Shown here piece after piece: positions 28,891-39,253 of a stretch of DNA of 64,000 nt (position 1 is its first letter; each line of letters begins with the position of its first letter). The stretch comes from an uncultured Verrucomicrobiae bacterium. GTDB lineage: Bacteria; Verrucomicrobiota; Verrucomicrobiia; Chthoniobacterales; JAFAMB01. The notes under the pieces are model-generated. The model was not told where the DNA came from. It saw only the letters and a program-made list of their open reading frames with translations, and did not search any database. The stretch covers positions 224,001 to 288,000 of the forward strand of contig CAVXLD010000010.1 of NCBI GenBank assembly GCA_963762565.1, written 5' to 3'. The translations under genes were made by a program, and so were the position numbers.

Positions 28891-30054
28891 ATGATTTCGC
28901 CGTATCCGTTCAAACCTCGAGGGCGGTTATTGGACGTCATGCGTCAGGTGGGCGATCCCGGCCTGATCAATCTGGCGGCCGGTTTGCCGTCCGTGCATTG
29001 TGTCCCTAAAGCCGACCTGACAGCAGCCTTTCTCGCCACTTTAGAAGAGAATGCGGACGAAGCACTCGGTTATCATGTACCGGATGGCGATCTACGGCTT
29101 CGCCAGCTTTTGGTTGATCGATTTCACCGGCGCGGAATCAATACGAGTGTCGATCAGATGGTCATCACCACGGGTTGCTCACAAGCTCTCCATGGGATGA
29201 TCCGGCTGCTCGCGAAGCCCGGTGATATCGTTGCCTGCGAAGCGCCGGCCTATTACTCCACGCTAGAGATTATGGGCGATCTAGGTCTGAAGGCTTTACC
29301 GGTTCCGGTTAAAGACATTGATGGAATCGATTTCGAGCTCGCTCAGGTCCTCTTCCGACGATATCAGCCAAAACTTTTCGCGATTTGCTCTTCTTTATCG
29401 AATCCTTCCGGCGCCACTATTCCAAGCGAGATTAGAAAAGCGTTGATCGAACTTTGCCGAGAGACCGGGACCCGAATCCTCGAGGACGACATCTATGGCG
29501 AGTTGTCGGAGATCTCGGACCTCAAACCGATCCGGGCTTTTGATGACGGATCCACTGTGAGTTACGTGACGAGCTTTTCGAAGACAGTAGCACCGGGGCT
29601 GCGCATTGGAGTTTGTTTACCAGGGTTAGATGCTAATCCCTTTGCTTTATTGAAGTGTCAGCAAGACATGCATTCAGCAACCCTCTGCGAGGTGGCGTTC
29701 CGCCGATACTTTGAGACCGGCCGGCTAGACGGCCACCTCGAGTACTTGCGACGGTTTAACCAGGAGCGGCGAGAACTGGCGCTAAGTGTCATTGAAGAAT
29801 GTTTTCCGGCTTCGGCCACGGTTTGGAAACCGGCCGGCGGATTCTTGTTATGGGTAGAGCTGCCCCCTGGCATTAAAGCGGAGCAAGTCTATCGAAGCGC
29901 GCTCAAGGAAAAGGTCGCCTTCTGTCCCGGTAGCGCCTTCTACACTTCAGACGAAAACGAAATCGGCGCAATGCGGCTCAACTGCTCGCGTCCCAGCGAG
30001 CAGGAGTTAGTGAAGGGTCTCAGGATCTTGGGACGGATTGTGAAACAAGCGTGA
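28891..30054 (+). CDS. PLP-dependent class I/II aminotransferase (MocR/LysN-like, no HTH)
   Basis: INLAAGLP, SNPSG, LEDDIYGEL, TSFSKTVAPGLRIG (PLP Lys), MRLN. Confidence 0.88.
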   Translation: MISPYPFKPRGRLLDVMRQVGDPGLINLAAGLPSVHCVPKADLTAAFLATLEENADEALGYHVPDGDLRLRQLLVDRFHRRGINTSVDQMVITTGCSQALHGMIRLLAKPGDIVACEAPAYYSTLEIMGDLGLKALPVPVKDIDGIDFELAQVLFRRYQPKLFAICSSLSNPSGATIPSEIRKALIELCRETGTRILEDDIYGELSEISDLKPIRAFDDGSTVSYVTSFSKTVAPGLRIGVCLPGLDANPFALLKCQQDMHSATLCEVAFRRYFETGRLDGHLEYLRRFNQERRELALSVIEECFPASATVWKPAGGFLLWVELPPGIKAEQVYRSALKEKVAFCPGSAFYTSDENEIGAMRLNCSRPSEQELVKGLRILGRIVKQA

Positions 30055-30075
30055 GCCCGGTAGGGCGTTTTTTTT

Positions 30076-30285
30076 GGTGGGGCGAGGCTCCCGAAGGAAC
30101 CTCGATTGGAACGAAGCTTGTAACGTTGCCCCACCGAACCCCATTGTTATGCCTTTGAACGCGCCGAGCCGTGGCCCACGATAGACCACGGCTCGGCGCG
30201 TTTATCGGCCTTGTTCATAATTTTGTTTGGGGTTCGCTTTACACCCTTGGTCGGTCGCCCAGTCTTTCGGGAGCCTCGCCCCACC
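30076..30285. repeat. Family A split-REP element
   Basis: GGTGGGGCGAGGCTCC 30076-91; hairpin GCGCCGAGCCGTGG-cccacgataga-CCACGGCTCGGCGC 30161-99; GGAGCCTCGCCCCACC 30270-85. Confidence 0.9.
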
Positions 30286-30347
30286 AAAAGAGAGCAGCGC
30301 TTTAACCATTTGCATCTTTTCGGATTTTAGCCGTGTACTATCGTCAA

Positions 30348-33300
30348 ATGTTTGCGAAAGCCTTTTCTTTAGGCCAATGCCGCCGCTTCGCGTCGCGTGG
30401 ATTCATGGCCGCGATCACGTTGGGCGCAGTATTAGCCTGGCAAAATACATCGACTGCCGAGCCCCTCGGACCAGATAACACGCCGCTTTGGATGCGTTAC
30501 CCCGCTATCTCACCTGATGGTAAGACCATTGCGTTCAGTTTCGAAGGCCACCTTTTCGTAGTGCCATCGGCTGGCGGACTGGCGCAGCCGCTCACCGCCG
30601 GCGCCGCAGTAGATACCTCGCCGGTTTGGTCTCCCGATGGAAAGTCGATCGCTTTCGCTTCCGATCGATACGGCAACTTCGACGTTTTTCTGATCAGCGG
30701 CGACGGTGGACCTGCTCGCCGCCTCACCACGCATTCCTCCGACGACATACCCGTCTGTTTCACGCCAGACGGGCAATCAGTTGTATTCAACTCCCAGCGA
30801 ATGGTCTCAGCAGAAAGCTCAAAGTTCCCCGTTCCGAAACGTTTCCCTGAGCTTTACAAAGTGTCGATTGAAGGCGGCAAAGAGCCGGAAATGATCCTGG
30901 TAACACCCGCTCTCAATGCTCAGTACGACAAAAGCGGCCAGCATATCATTTACGATGATCAGAAAGGATATGAGGATCTCTGGCGCAAGCATCAAACGAG
31001 CGCTTTTGCCCATGATGTCTGGATCTATGATGCTAAGACCGGCGACCACACGAAACTCACGACCTACCTGGGTGAGGATCGGAACCCGGTCTGGGCGTCT
31101 GACGAAAATTCGATCTATTACCTATCAGAACAGAGCGGGTCGTTCAACGTCTGGCATCTGGCGTTGAGCCGCGGCCAGGCAGCCGGCGCGCCCCAGCAGA
31201 TCACCAAGTTCGAAAAGAATCCCGTTCGGTTCCTGAGCACGTCCAGGAGTGGTGACCTGTGCTTCGGATTTGATGGCGAAATTTATTTGCTGCCCGCCGG
31301 CGCCACCCAGCCTACCAAGGTGTCGATCCGAATCGCGATCGCAGACAATGCAGCTGAAGCCAAGACGATGCCAATGGCGGATGGCGCTACCGAAATGGTG
31401 GTTAGCCCGAATGGAAAAGAGATCGCTTTCGTCGTCCGCGGCGATATCTACGTCGCAGGAATTGAGCATGGGGATACTAAGCGGATAACCAACAAGCCCG
31501 CCCAAGCGCGTAATCTCAGTTTTAGCCCGGACGGTCGAAAGCTGGTGTTTGCGGCTGAGTACGACAAGGTCTGGAGTCTCTATGAAGCGGCCATTGTTCA
31601 GCCCAAGGAAAAAGAGCCTTATTTTTCCCTTTCAACTGTGATCGATGTTCATCCCATCCTCGAGAACGGTCAGGAAAATTTTCAGCCCAAATATTCTCCG
31701 GACGGCAAAGAAGTCGCCTATCTGGAAAATCGGACCACTTTGAAGGTCCTCAACCTGGAGACCAAGCAGACACGCCAGATATTGCCGGGGAAGGATAACT
31801 ATTCCTATGCGGATGGAGACCAATGGTTTGATTGGTCGCCCGACGGGAAATGGTTCCTGGTCGAAATCAACCAGCCGGAACGTTGGTCGGGTGAAGTTGG
31901 ACTAGTAGATGCCGCAGGACAGCAACAGGTGACCTATCTGACGAAGAGTGGATACTCGAGCTTTCACCCAATTTGGGCCGTCGACGGAAAAACCATGGTC
32001 TGGACAAACGACAAATTCGGTCTTCACGGAGATGGCAGCGGCGGCCGCGGCCAATTGGATATCTTTGAAATGTTTTTCACCCAGGAAGCCATGGATCAGT
32101 TCAAGTTGTCTCCGGCTGAGTATGACGCAGTAAAGGCTCGAGAAGACGAAGAGAAGAAAAAGAAAGAGGCCGAAAAATCAAAGGAAGCAAAAGAACAAGC
32201 AAGCCCTTCAGCTTCGCCCTCTCCCCAGACCAAAGAAGAGACCCCAAAGGTTGAGCCCATCAAGATTGACCTCGCAAATATCGAGGATCGGACAGCGCGG
32301 CTGACCCTGGCGTCTGCTCAATTGTCTGACATGGTCCTGACGAAGGACGGCGAGCAATTGGTTTATATCGCTAAGAGCGATAAAGGGTACGAGCTCTGGC
32401 TCCTGAAACCGCGAAGTAAAGATCTGAAACGGTTGGCCCAATTTGAGGCTCCGGATGTCGAGCATTTCGGACCACGATTCCCGATCGAGCTAAAACTCGA
32501 TAAAGAAGAAAAAAACGTCTTCGTCCTGGCGAATGGCCACTTGAGCAAGGTCGAGCTGGCCTCCAGTAAAATGGAGCCGGTCAAATTCATGGCCGAAAAA
32601 GAACTGAACGGAGCGGCCGAACGCGCCGCTCTCTTCGAGCACATGTGGCGCCAGGAAAAAGAGAAATTTTACGTAGCCGACATGGGAGGAGTCGACTGGG
32701 ATTATTACAAGAAGGTCTACGCCAAGTTCCTACCCTACATCACGAACAATCGCGATTTTGCCGAAATGATGAGCGAGCTGCTCGGTGAGTTGAATGCCAG
32801 CCACACCGGCTGTCGCTATTACCCGCAGGGCGGCGATCAGACAGCTTCGCTGGGTGCGTTCTTTGATCCTTCCTACAAAGGCGCCGGGATCAAGATCCAG
32901 GAGATCATCGAAAAAGGTCCGTTAGTGGCAACCAATGGTCAGGTTCAGGCGGGAATGATTATCGAAAAAATCGACGGAGTGACGCTTACCCCGGGAATGG
33001 ATATCAGCCCCCTGTTAAACTTGAAAGCCGGCAAAGCGACTCTACTGAGCATCTTCGATCCAGCCAAAAACGCCCGTTCCGATGTAACCATGAAACCGGT
33101 CAGCCAAGCAGAGCTGATCGAGCTCTTGTATGATCGCTGGGTTAAAAGGCGGCGAGATCTGGTAAACCGGCTAAGCAACAGCACCATTGGCTACGTGCAC
33201 GTGCGCGGGATGACCGATGAAAGCTATCGGGAAACCTTTTCTGATGCGCTCGGCCGGGAACAAACCAAAAAAGCGCTCATCGTCGACACCCGCTACAATG

Positions 33301-33779
33301 GCGGAGGTAACTTGCACGATCAGTTAGCTACATTCCTCTCGGGAAAACCCTATCTGAAATTCTTCCCCCGTGGCCAATCTCTGGGCTGGGAACCAAATGA
33401 TAAGTGGGACCGCAATACCGCAATTCTAGCGAACGAAGGCGATTACTCGGATGGGATGTTGTTTCCTTGGGTTTATAAACACTTCAAGATCGGCAAGTTT
33501 ATCGGGATGCCTGTCCCTGGAACCGGCACCGCGGTCTGGTGGGAGTTTCAGCAAGATCCGACTCTCCTGTTTGGGATGCCGGAGGTCGGTTTTGTCGACG
33601 AAGAGGGCCATTACATGGAGAAGACCCAGGTCGAGCCCGATATCGAAGTCATGAACGACCCGAAGAGCGTGGCCGAAGGCCAGGATCTGCAAGTGGAGCG
33701 TGCGGTGGCGGAACTAATGAAAGAGGATCAGACCCCTGCGGTCGGGTCGAGCTCCCGCTCAACTGGCGCCTCGAGGTAA
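30348..33779 (+). CDS. Tricorn-like S41 family protease
   Basis: WMRYPAISPDG and PD40 repeats, LLGELNASHT, PDZ, DTRYNGGG, DYSDG, PVPGTG; exact start uncertain. Confidence 0.92.
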   Translation: MFAKAFSLGQCRRFASRGFMAAITLGAVLAWQNTSTAEPLGPDNTPLWMRYPAISPDGKTIAFSFEGHLFVVPSAGGLAQPLTAGAAVDTSPVWSPDGKSIAFASDRYGNFDVFLISGDGGPARRLTTHSSDDIPVCFTPDGQSVVFNSQRMVSAESSKFPVPKRFPELYKVSIEGGKEPEMILVTPALNAQYDKSGQHIIYDDQKGYEDLWRKHQTSAFAHDVWIYDAKTGDHTKLTTYLGEDRNPVWASDENSIYYLSEQSGSFNVWHLALSRGQAAGAPQQITKFEKNPVRFLSTSRSGDLCFGFDGEIYLLPAGATQPTKVSIRIAIADNAAEAKTMPMADGATEMVVSPNGKEIAFVVRGDIYVAGIEHGDTKRITNKPAQARNLSFSPDGRKLVFAAEYDKVWSLYEAAIVQPKEKEPYFSLSTVIDVHPILENGQENFQPKYSPDGKEVAYLENRTTLKVLNLETKQTRQILPGKDNYSYADGDQWFDWSPDGKWFLVEINQPERWSGEVGLVDAAGQQQVTYLTKSGYSSFHPIWAVDGKTMVWTNDKFGLHGDGSGGRGQLDIFEMFFTQEAMDQFKLSPAEYDAVKAREDEEKKKKEAEKSKEAKEQASPSASPSPQTKEETPKVEPIKIDLANIEDRTARLTLASAQLSDMVLTKDGEQLVYIAKSDKGYELWLLKPRSKDLKRLAQFEAPDVEHFGPRFPIELKLDKEEKNVFVLANGHLSKVELASSKMEPVKFMAEKELNGAAERAALFEHMWRQEKEKFYVADMGGVDWDYYKKVYAKFLPYITNNRDFAEMMSELLGELNASHTGCRYYPQGGDQTASLGAFFDPSYKGAGIKIQEIIEKGPLVATNGQVQAGMIIEKIDGVTLTPGMDISPLLNLKAGKATLLSIFDPAKNARSDVTMKPVSQAELIELLYDRWVKRRRDLVNRLSNSTIGYVHVRGMTDESYRETFSDALGREQTKKALIVDTRYNGGGNLHDQLATFLSGKPYLKFFPRGQSLGWEPNDKWDRNTAILANEGDYSDGMLFPWVYKHFKIGKFIGMPVPGTGTAVWWEFQQDPTLLFGMPEVGFVDEEGHYMEKTQVEPDIEVMNDPKSVAEGQDLQVERAVAELMKEDQTPAVGSSSRSTGASR

Positions 33780-33788
33780 GAACAATTC

Positions 33789-33813
33789 GGTAGGGAGGAG
33801 CTCCCGCTCCTCC
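33789..33813 (+). repeat. Solo GTAG-type REP
   Basis: GGTAG-GGAGGAGC-TCCC-GCTCCTCC hairpin; 21/24 identical to a copy inside uvrC (3154-3177). Confidence 0.7.
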
Positions 33814-33888
33814 GCGCCCGATCGATCTCCTCAAAAATTTGCGGTTGAAGCCGCTGCGGTTTAGTTCTACTTTCACGACCTTTTCCGA

Positions 33889-33962
33889 GGAGTTATAGCT
33901 CAATTGGTTAGAGCGCCGCCCTGTCACGGCGGAGGTTGCGGGTTCGAGCCCCGTTAACTCCG
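33889..33962 (+). tRNA. tRNA-Asp(GTC), CCA not encoded
   Basis: Acceptor GGAGTTA/TAACTCC, D arm GCTC/GAGC, anticodon stem CCGCC-CTGTCAC-GGCGG, T arm GCGGG-TTCGAGC-CCCGT. Confidence 0.97.
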
Positions 33963-34456
33963 GTTGTTTCCTCGAGACTCTCTTGAGGAGAAAGTACCCT
34001 GAAATACCTAGAAGTACGCGAAAGTCCTTCTTTAAGGGCTATACTTTAGGCTCGGTATGAGATCCGCGCTCGTAAGACTTCTGAGGTTTTCTCCGTCGCC
34101 GTAACGGTAAACCGGGGTGATTTTTACTATTGCCCGGAGCCACTGAGTTCTCATTCGGATCAGCACACTGCTGGCCCACATTTGCGGTGCTTCGGGTAAC
34201 AAGGCGACTTGCAAAGAGCTCTGACCAAAGAGCCCGCCGGTTACATCACGGAACGTTGCCGTACTCAACTCGAACGTGTCTCCTATTAAATTCCTCCACC
34301 GCGGCAAATGCTCTTTGTGGCAGATTTGTTGACTGACCCTTGACTGACCCCTTTTTTTCGCGCTCGGTCGCTTGCGGAATGTTCCCTTGGACATCACTCC
34401 GGTCAGCGAACATCGGTTTATGTTCCCAAAGTACATGTCAGGCGTTACACTCAGCG

Positions 34457-34717
34457 TTAGCGTCTTAACATTCTATCAGCGGCAAGCGTTGAATCTTTTG
34501 GGATCCAGCCGGTAAAGGTTTGATTCGGATACGCCGCTCCGAAATTCAAAAATGTGTTGCCGTTCTTGCTTGTGAAGACTTTAACCACCGTGCCTTCAAC
34601 GGTTGCTTGCTGGCCGGCCTCGGTGTCGGGAATGGTCGTCGCGGTTTGAGCATGCAGCGCCACAAGGAACCCAGAGAAAAGTATCGCCAAGAACAATGAA
34701 CGCGAGGGCGTTTTCAC
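34457..34717 (-). pseudogene. Truncated secreted OB-fold nucleic-acid-binding protein
   Basis: Signal peptide, ATVEGTVVKVFTSKNGNTFLNFGAAYPNQTFTGWIP, then early stop; the expected C-terminal strands are missing. Confidence 0.6.
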
Positions 34718-34777
34718 GGGGTGCCTTATTCTACTAAATGCGAAGCGTGCTCGTTCGCCCCTTCCTTGTCTGTTGGC

Positions 34778-36166
34778 TCACTTAGCATAAAGAAAAAATT
34801 CTTGAACCTTCCCGTCTCGTGTTCTGTAGAGCTCTGCTAGTAACCCAGTCTTCTCAAAGTCGAACTCTAACACGCTGTGGGCCATATCGCCTCTCTCGTT
34901 GGTGGAGAGTAGTTTTATCGACTTTGGTTCTCCTAGTTCCCTAAGGGAGTGAGCCGCACGCTCAACTTTTTCTGGCGTCAAGAAGGCGTCAAAGTCTTCA
35001 CTAAGAAGTGATCGGTCAATCTCTCCCTGCTGAAAGGCAGCAAAGAACTGCGCTGCGACCGTAATTGGATTCGACCCCGCGATCTTTGGTACAGGCTCTC
35101 CAATTTCCGCGGGGAGCAGAAGCGGTTCGAGATGTTCGATTAAGTCGTCCTTTGAAACGTTGTCGGTGTTCATGGTGATGAAGAAAGCGGATTGTGTTGA
35201 TGGCACGAATTCGTTCGACGACCTAAACCCATTGGCTGCTCCATCGTGTGAAAGCACGATTTGCCGAATCACTTCTTTAACAGCCAATCCTGCACCGTAA
35301 CCTGTGCCCACCCCGCTTTTGAGTAGACGGCTAGTCGTCATCAGACGATACGATTCAGGCTTTAAGACTTTCCCATTCATCAAAGCGAGATCCCAAGTGA
35401 CGATGTCGCTCGGCGTAGAATAAAGACTGCCGGCCGAAAACATCCATCCCGCGGGCTCTGGAGGTACCGGTTGCGGGTCTAAGCCGCCAAAGGAGCCGTA
35501 GCCGATCGCGGCTTCGGAGCTACCCGGATCGGATTCAAATCCGGAATGAGTCATCGCGAGCGGTCTGAGTATCCGTTCCTGCAAAAACTCCTCGTACGAT
35601 TTGCCAGAAACCTTCTCCACAACTCGACCCAAGATGAAATAGTTAGTGTTGCTGTAGGAGCACCGCGTGCCTGGTTCGAAATCAAGCGGTTGCTTTGCGT
35701 ACTCTTTAATGACTGCGTCGGTTGTGGTTGGTCGTGTCATCTCTCTGGTCAGAAAATCTAGAGGATAATAGTCGCGATACCCGGATACCATGTTCAGGAG
35801 ATCAAGGAGTCGAACGTCCTGAGCTCGAGTGAGATCCGGAAAGTACTTTGCAACTGGGTCGTCGATTGAGAGCTTGCCTTCCTCGGACAAAAGAAGGATT
35901 CAGGCTGCAGTAAACTCCTTTGTGACGGACGCAATGGCGAATCTCGTGTCTTTGTCGACCGGTCGTTTTGTTTCCTTTGAAGCGTAGCCGTAGCCTTTGC
36001 AGAAGGTAATCTTTCCTCCCTGCACAACGGCAACAGAGATTCGGACAAAAGGTTTACGGCTTACCTGGTCTGCGAAATAATCATCCAACTCCTTTGGATC
36101 TAGCGGCTTGGTTGGCGCCGTGCCCGTGACCGGTTGAGCCGATAAACTTTCGACCGACGCGAACAT
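34778..36166 (-). pseudogene. Serine hydrolase (class C beta-lactamase-like) with an in-frame TGA
   Basis: FAIASVTKEFTAA-TGA(35900-35902)-ILLLSEEGKL in one frame; SxxK, YSN and HDG motifs present. Confidence 0.85.
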
Positions 36167-36507
36167 CGCTAGTATTGCAAATGCGCGGCCGAGTCGAATC
36201 CTTTTAGCTGGCGTAAACAGTCTGCCGTCCCGCGCGCTGAAACCTCTTTGCCAACCGACAGCAGAATGTTTCCAGTTAGGTTCATAATTGCTAAACCTTT
36301 CTTGGTATATATGCCGATTCGAAACAATTTTTTGCTAATCAGTGAGCTCCTCTCGCTCATTCGTCCATTCGAACTGAGTTATCGAGTGCTATGAACGGCG
36401 ACCAAAGGGGCCGCCCGAGCTTTGCCGAAGGGAGACGCGAACGCGATCAACCCGGCTTCGGCCGCGCAATTCGCGTCTCCGGGACGGGCGCTCAGACGCA
36501 GAACCTC

Positions 36508-36714
36508 TTACCGATAGTACCATCGGTGATTCCGCCAGTAACGGCCGTGCCAGTAGGGGTGAGCGTAATATCGGTGTCCGGCCGGACCCCAGTAGTACCC
36601 AGGAGCGTAATACCCCGGCCCTACGGTAACGATTACGCGGGCAGCTTCAGCCGGTTTCGGGCACACGAGCGATACCGTGAACAATGCCGATATCGCTATT
36701 AGCATTCTTTTCAT
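36508..36714 (-). CDS. Small secreted Tyr/Trp/Gly/Arg-rich protein
   Basis: Signal peptide ending PAEA; VGPGYYAPGYYWGPAGHRYY...WYYR. Confidence 0.65.
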   Translation of the reverse strand: MKRMLIAISALFTVSLVCPKPAEAARVIVTVGPGYYAPGYYWGPAGHRYYAHPYWHGRYWRNHRWYYR

Positions 36715-36798
36715 ACCTAAAATTCGCTGGTCGACGGACCTTCGGTTTTACTCCCAATATCCGTCGTACCGTTTACAGCATCGGATTAGCCAGGTCGT

Positions 36799-36997
36799 TT
36801 AGTATCGCTCGAGCACAACTTCTTTGGATTTCTTGTCGTCTCTCCAACCGAGGAAGGTAGTCTGTCGTAATTTGATCGTCCGCGGTCAGTTCGGCATACA
36901 CAATTTCGCAAACAAGCCTGGGCTGAACCCATTGGATTTTCTTTTTGATGTTCGGCGGATTAACGAAAGGGCACTTGTCGATGAAGAGCGGCTTCAT
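36799..36997 (-). pseudogene. ATP-dependent DNA ligase (LigD/LigC) C-terminal OB-domain fragment, frameshifted
   Basis: KCPF..WVQPRLVCEIVYAELTADDQ, +1 A, then LRQTTFLGWRDDKKSKEVVLERY*. Confidence 0.8.
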
Positions 36998-37184
36998 TCG
37001 GTCTACCGCGTCCGCTGTTGTAGCAGACCCTCCAGGGCTTGCGCAGGCGCGACAGCCAAACGCTGTAGGGATGCGCCAAGGCTTCGGATGCATTTTTGCG
37101 AAGTATGTTTCGCCGACTTGCAGCATCTACCAGAATAAGGCGCACGACCATGCTGGCTTGCGGCCCCTTTGAGTCGAGAGAAGC

Positions 37185-38499
37185 ATGAAAAGAATCAATT
37201 TGTTTAGATGGTTCGGCATTTGGCTGATCGCCGGCCTTGGTCTCATAGTGCTGGCGCCTGCCTCCAGATCGGCGACCCTTACCGTGTTGTACAGTTTCCA
37301 GAGTGGCGGCAGCGATGCCAATAATCCCAGCGCCGGGTTGGTGATGGATGCCGACGGCAATCTCTATGGTCCCAGCTATGGGGGCGGCAGCCCAGGCGGC
37401 GAAGGCGCGATATTTGAATTGAGCCCACCCCCGGCAGGGCAGACGGAATGGACCGAAACGATGATCCACGGCTTTTCCGCGATCGACGGACAAGATGATG
37501 GCGCCCACCCGGAGGGCAGCCTTCTCGTAGACTCGAATGGCAATCTGTACGGTACTACCACCGGCGGCGGCGGCCCTGGCAACGACGGCGGGGGCACGGT
37601 GTTTCAATTGGCGCCTCCGGCTACGACTGGGGCCCCTTGGACTCTCGCGACGCTTTACGTCTTTCCGGTGCAAGGTCGGGCTGGGGCATACGCCTGAGAC
37701 GCGCTTGTTGATGGACAACACAGGTGCGCTTTACGGCACAACGCCCTCGCAAGGCGCGGAAAAGCTCTCCGACGTGGTTCCTGGGCTGGTCTATGAGCTT
37801 AGCCCGCCGGCTGCCGGGCAGACGGCTTGGAGCTACAGCACACTCTACAGCTTCCCGGTTTCGAAGCACGGTACGATCTCTCCGATTTCCGGTCTGGTCG
37901 CCGACACGGATGGCGCACTTTACGGAACCTTCGTTGAATACAGTACGCCAGGGAAAACCGGAGTGTTCAAATTGACGCCGCCTGCGGAGGAGGGGGGCAA
38001 TTGGTCGGAGGCACCCATTTTCATGTTTCCAGACAGCAGCGGCACACCGGTTGGCGAGCTTACAATTGACGAATCAGGCGCCATCTACGGCGTAACCGAC
38101 GCTAGTGGGGGCAGCATCAATGGCACCGTGTTTCTGCTGACGCCTCCCGGCGGGACCCAGACCGCTTGGACGCAAACTATTCTGAGTAAATTCAAGACCT
38201 CTCGCTCAACCGCTAGCCCCAACGCTGGTGTCTTGTTTGGCAGCGACGGCCAACTTTACGGCAATACCCTTGGCGGCAAAGGCAAGTCAGCTGCCGGCAC
38301 CACGTACCAGTTGACGCCACCAGCAGGAGGTACGGGCGATTGGACGAATCAGACCTTGGTGCAGTTCAAGTTCAAGCCGGCCGGTGGTGGTCAGGATCCG
38401 CGTGGCAGTTTAGTTCTGGGCGCGGGTGGAGAGCTTTATGGCGTGACCGGAGCCGGAGGTGCGGACGATGTTGGGACGGTTTTCGAAGTCGCACCTTAG
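37185..38499 (+). pseudogene. Secreted choice-of-anchor GloVer-type tandem repeat protein with one frameshift (~37692)
   Basis: Repeats DxxGNLYGTT..GG...GTVFxL; removing one base gives ...GRAGAY-PETRLLMDNTGALYGTT. Confidence 0.8.
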
Positions 38500-38517
38500 G
38501 GGAGCGTCCTTATTTTT

Positions 38518-38700
38518 TTATTGACCAAGCTGTTGGATACCAGGCGCCGGCTTAATGATGCGTTCTAGCACGCCTCTACGCTCTAGAATTGGCTTTCCTG
38601 TTAGGTCTTCGCCTTTATGCCAAAGGATATCGAAGACGTAGTAGAGAGTTGGCGCAGTCGGTTGCTTTTGGAATCGCTGCAGAAGCTGAAAACGCGGTAT
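38518..38700 (-). pseudogene. ATP-dependent DNA ligase adenylation-domain fragment
   Basis: PRFQLLQ...YYVFDILWHKGEDLTGKPILERRGVL. Confidence 0.8.
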
Positions 38701-39073
38701 ATGATTCACCTCTTCGAAAAACGTGAAGTCATTTGCATGGATGGTGTTGAAACTTTTGCCGGAGGCATTGATGAACTTTGTTTCCGGAGGGTTAGCTGCT
38801 TTGGCTAGCGGATACATACGCCATTGTTTCTTGAAACTTTCAACAGCAGGCTTTCGGGTCGCCGTTAACGAGTAATCCGCGTGCTCCAATCCAGTTCCCG
38901 AAGGTGGCGCAACGGGAGACGAAGTAACCATCTGGGATTGGCCCTTGGTAGTCTGGCGGGAGGAACAGGAATTTCCCGCCTTTCCCTTTGTCTGGACCGG
39001 CGTTGCCCATGTCGGTCACGTAGTGGAACCAAAGATCGTCAACGAAACCAAGGATATTAGGTGGTGTCTCGAC
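38701..39073 (-). pseudogene. DUF1254/DUF1214 protein internal fragment, frameshifted
   Basis: VETPPNILGFVDDLWFHYVTDMGNAGPDKGKGGKFLFLPPDY, shift near GDPK, then YPLAKAANPPETKFINASGKSFNTIHANDFTFFEEVN. Confidence 0.75.
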
Positions 39074-39253
39074 CGCCGCGCCACGTCGGCCTAAAAACTT
39101 TTGCAGATTCCTGAGTATATCGCCACTCGCTTGGCCATCTTTAACCTGTGGAGAGCAATGAACTTGCTTCCCTAAACCATGGAATCCATGAAAAAAACAG
39201 GCACAGAAATTGTTCCTCACTGCGGCGACGAAATTGTTAGTCGCAACCCCTAA

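Noticed and set aside
34032..34436. Hypothetical CDS at the island's left end
   Set aside because: No recognisable motifs or coding-like composition; overlaps putative arm-type repeats.
37680..37700. Programmed frameshift in the GloVer-repeat gene
   Set aside because: No slippery heptamer or homopolymer at the shift; neighbouring genes are also decayed.
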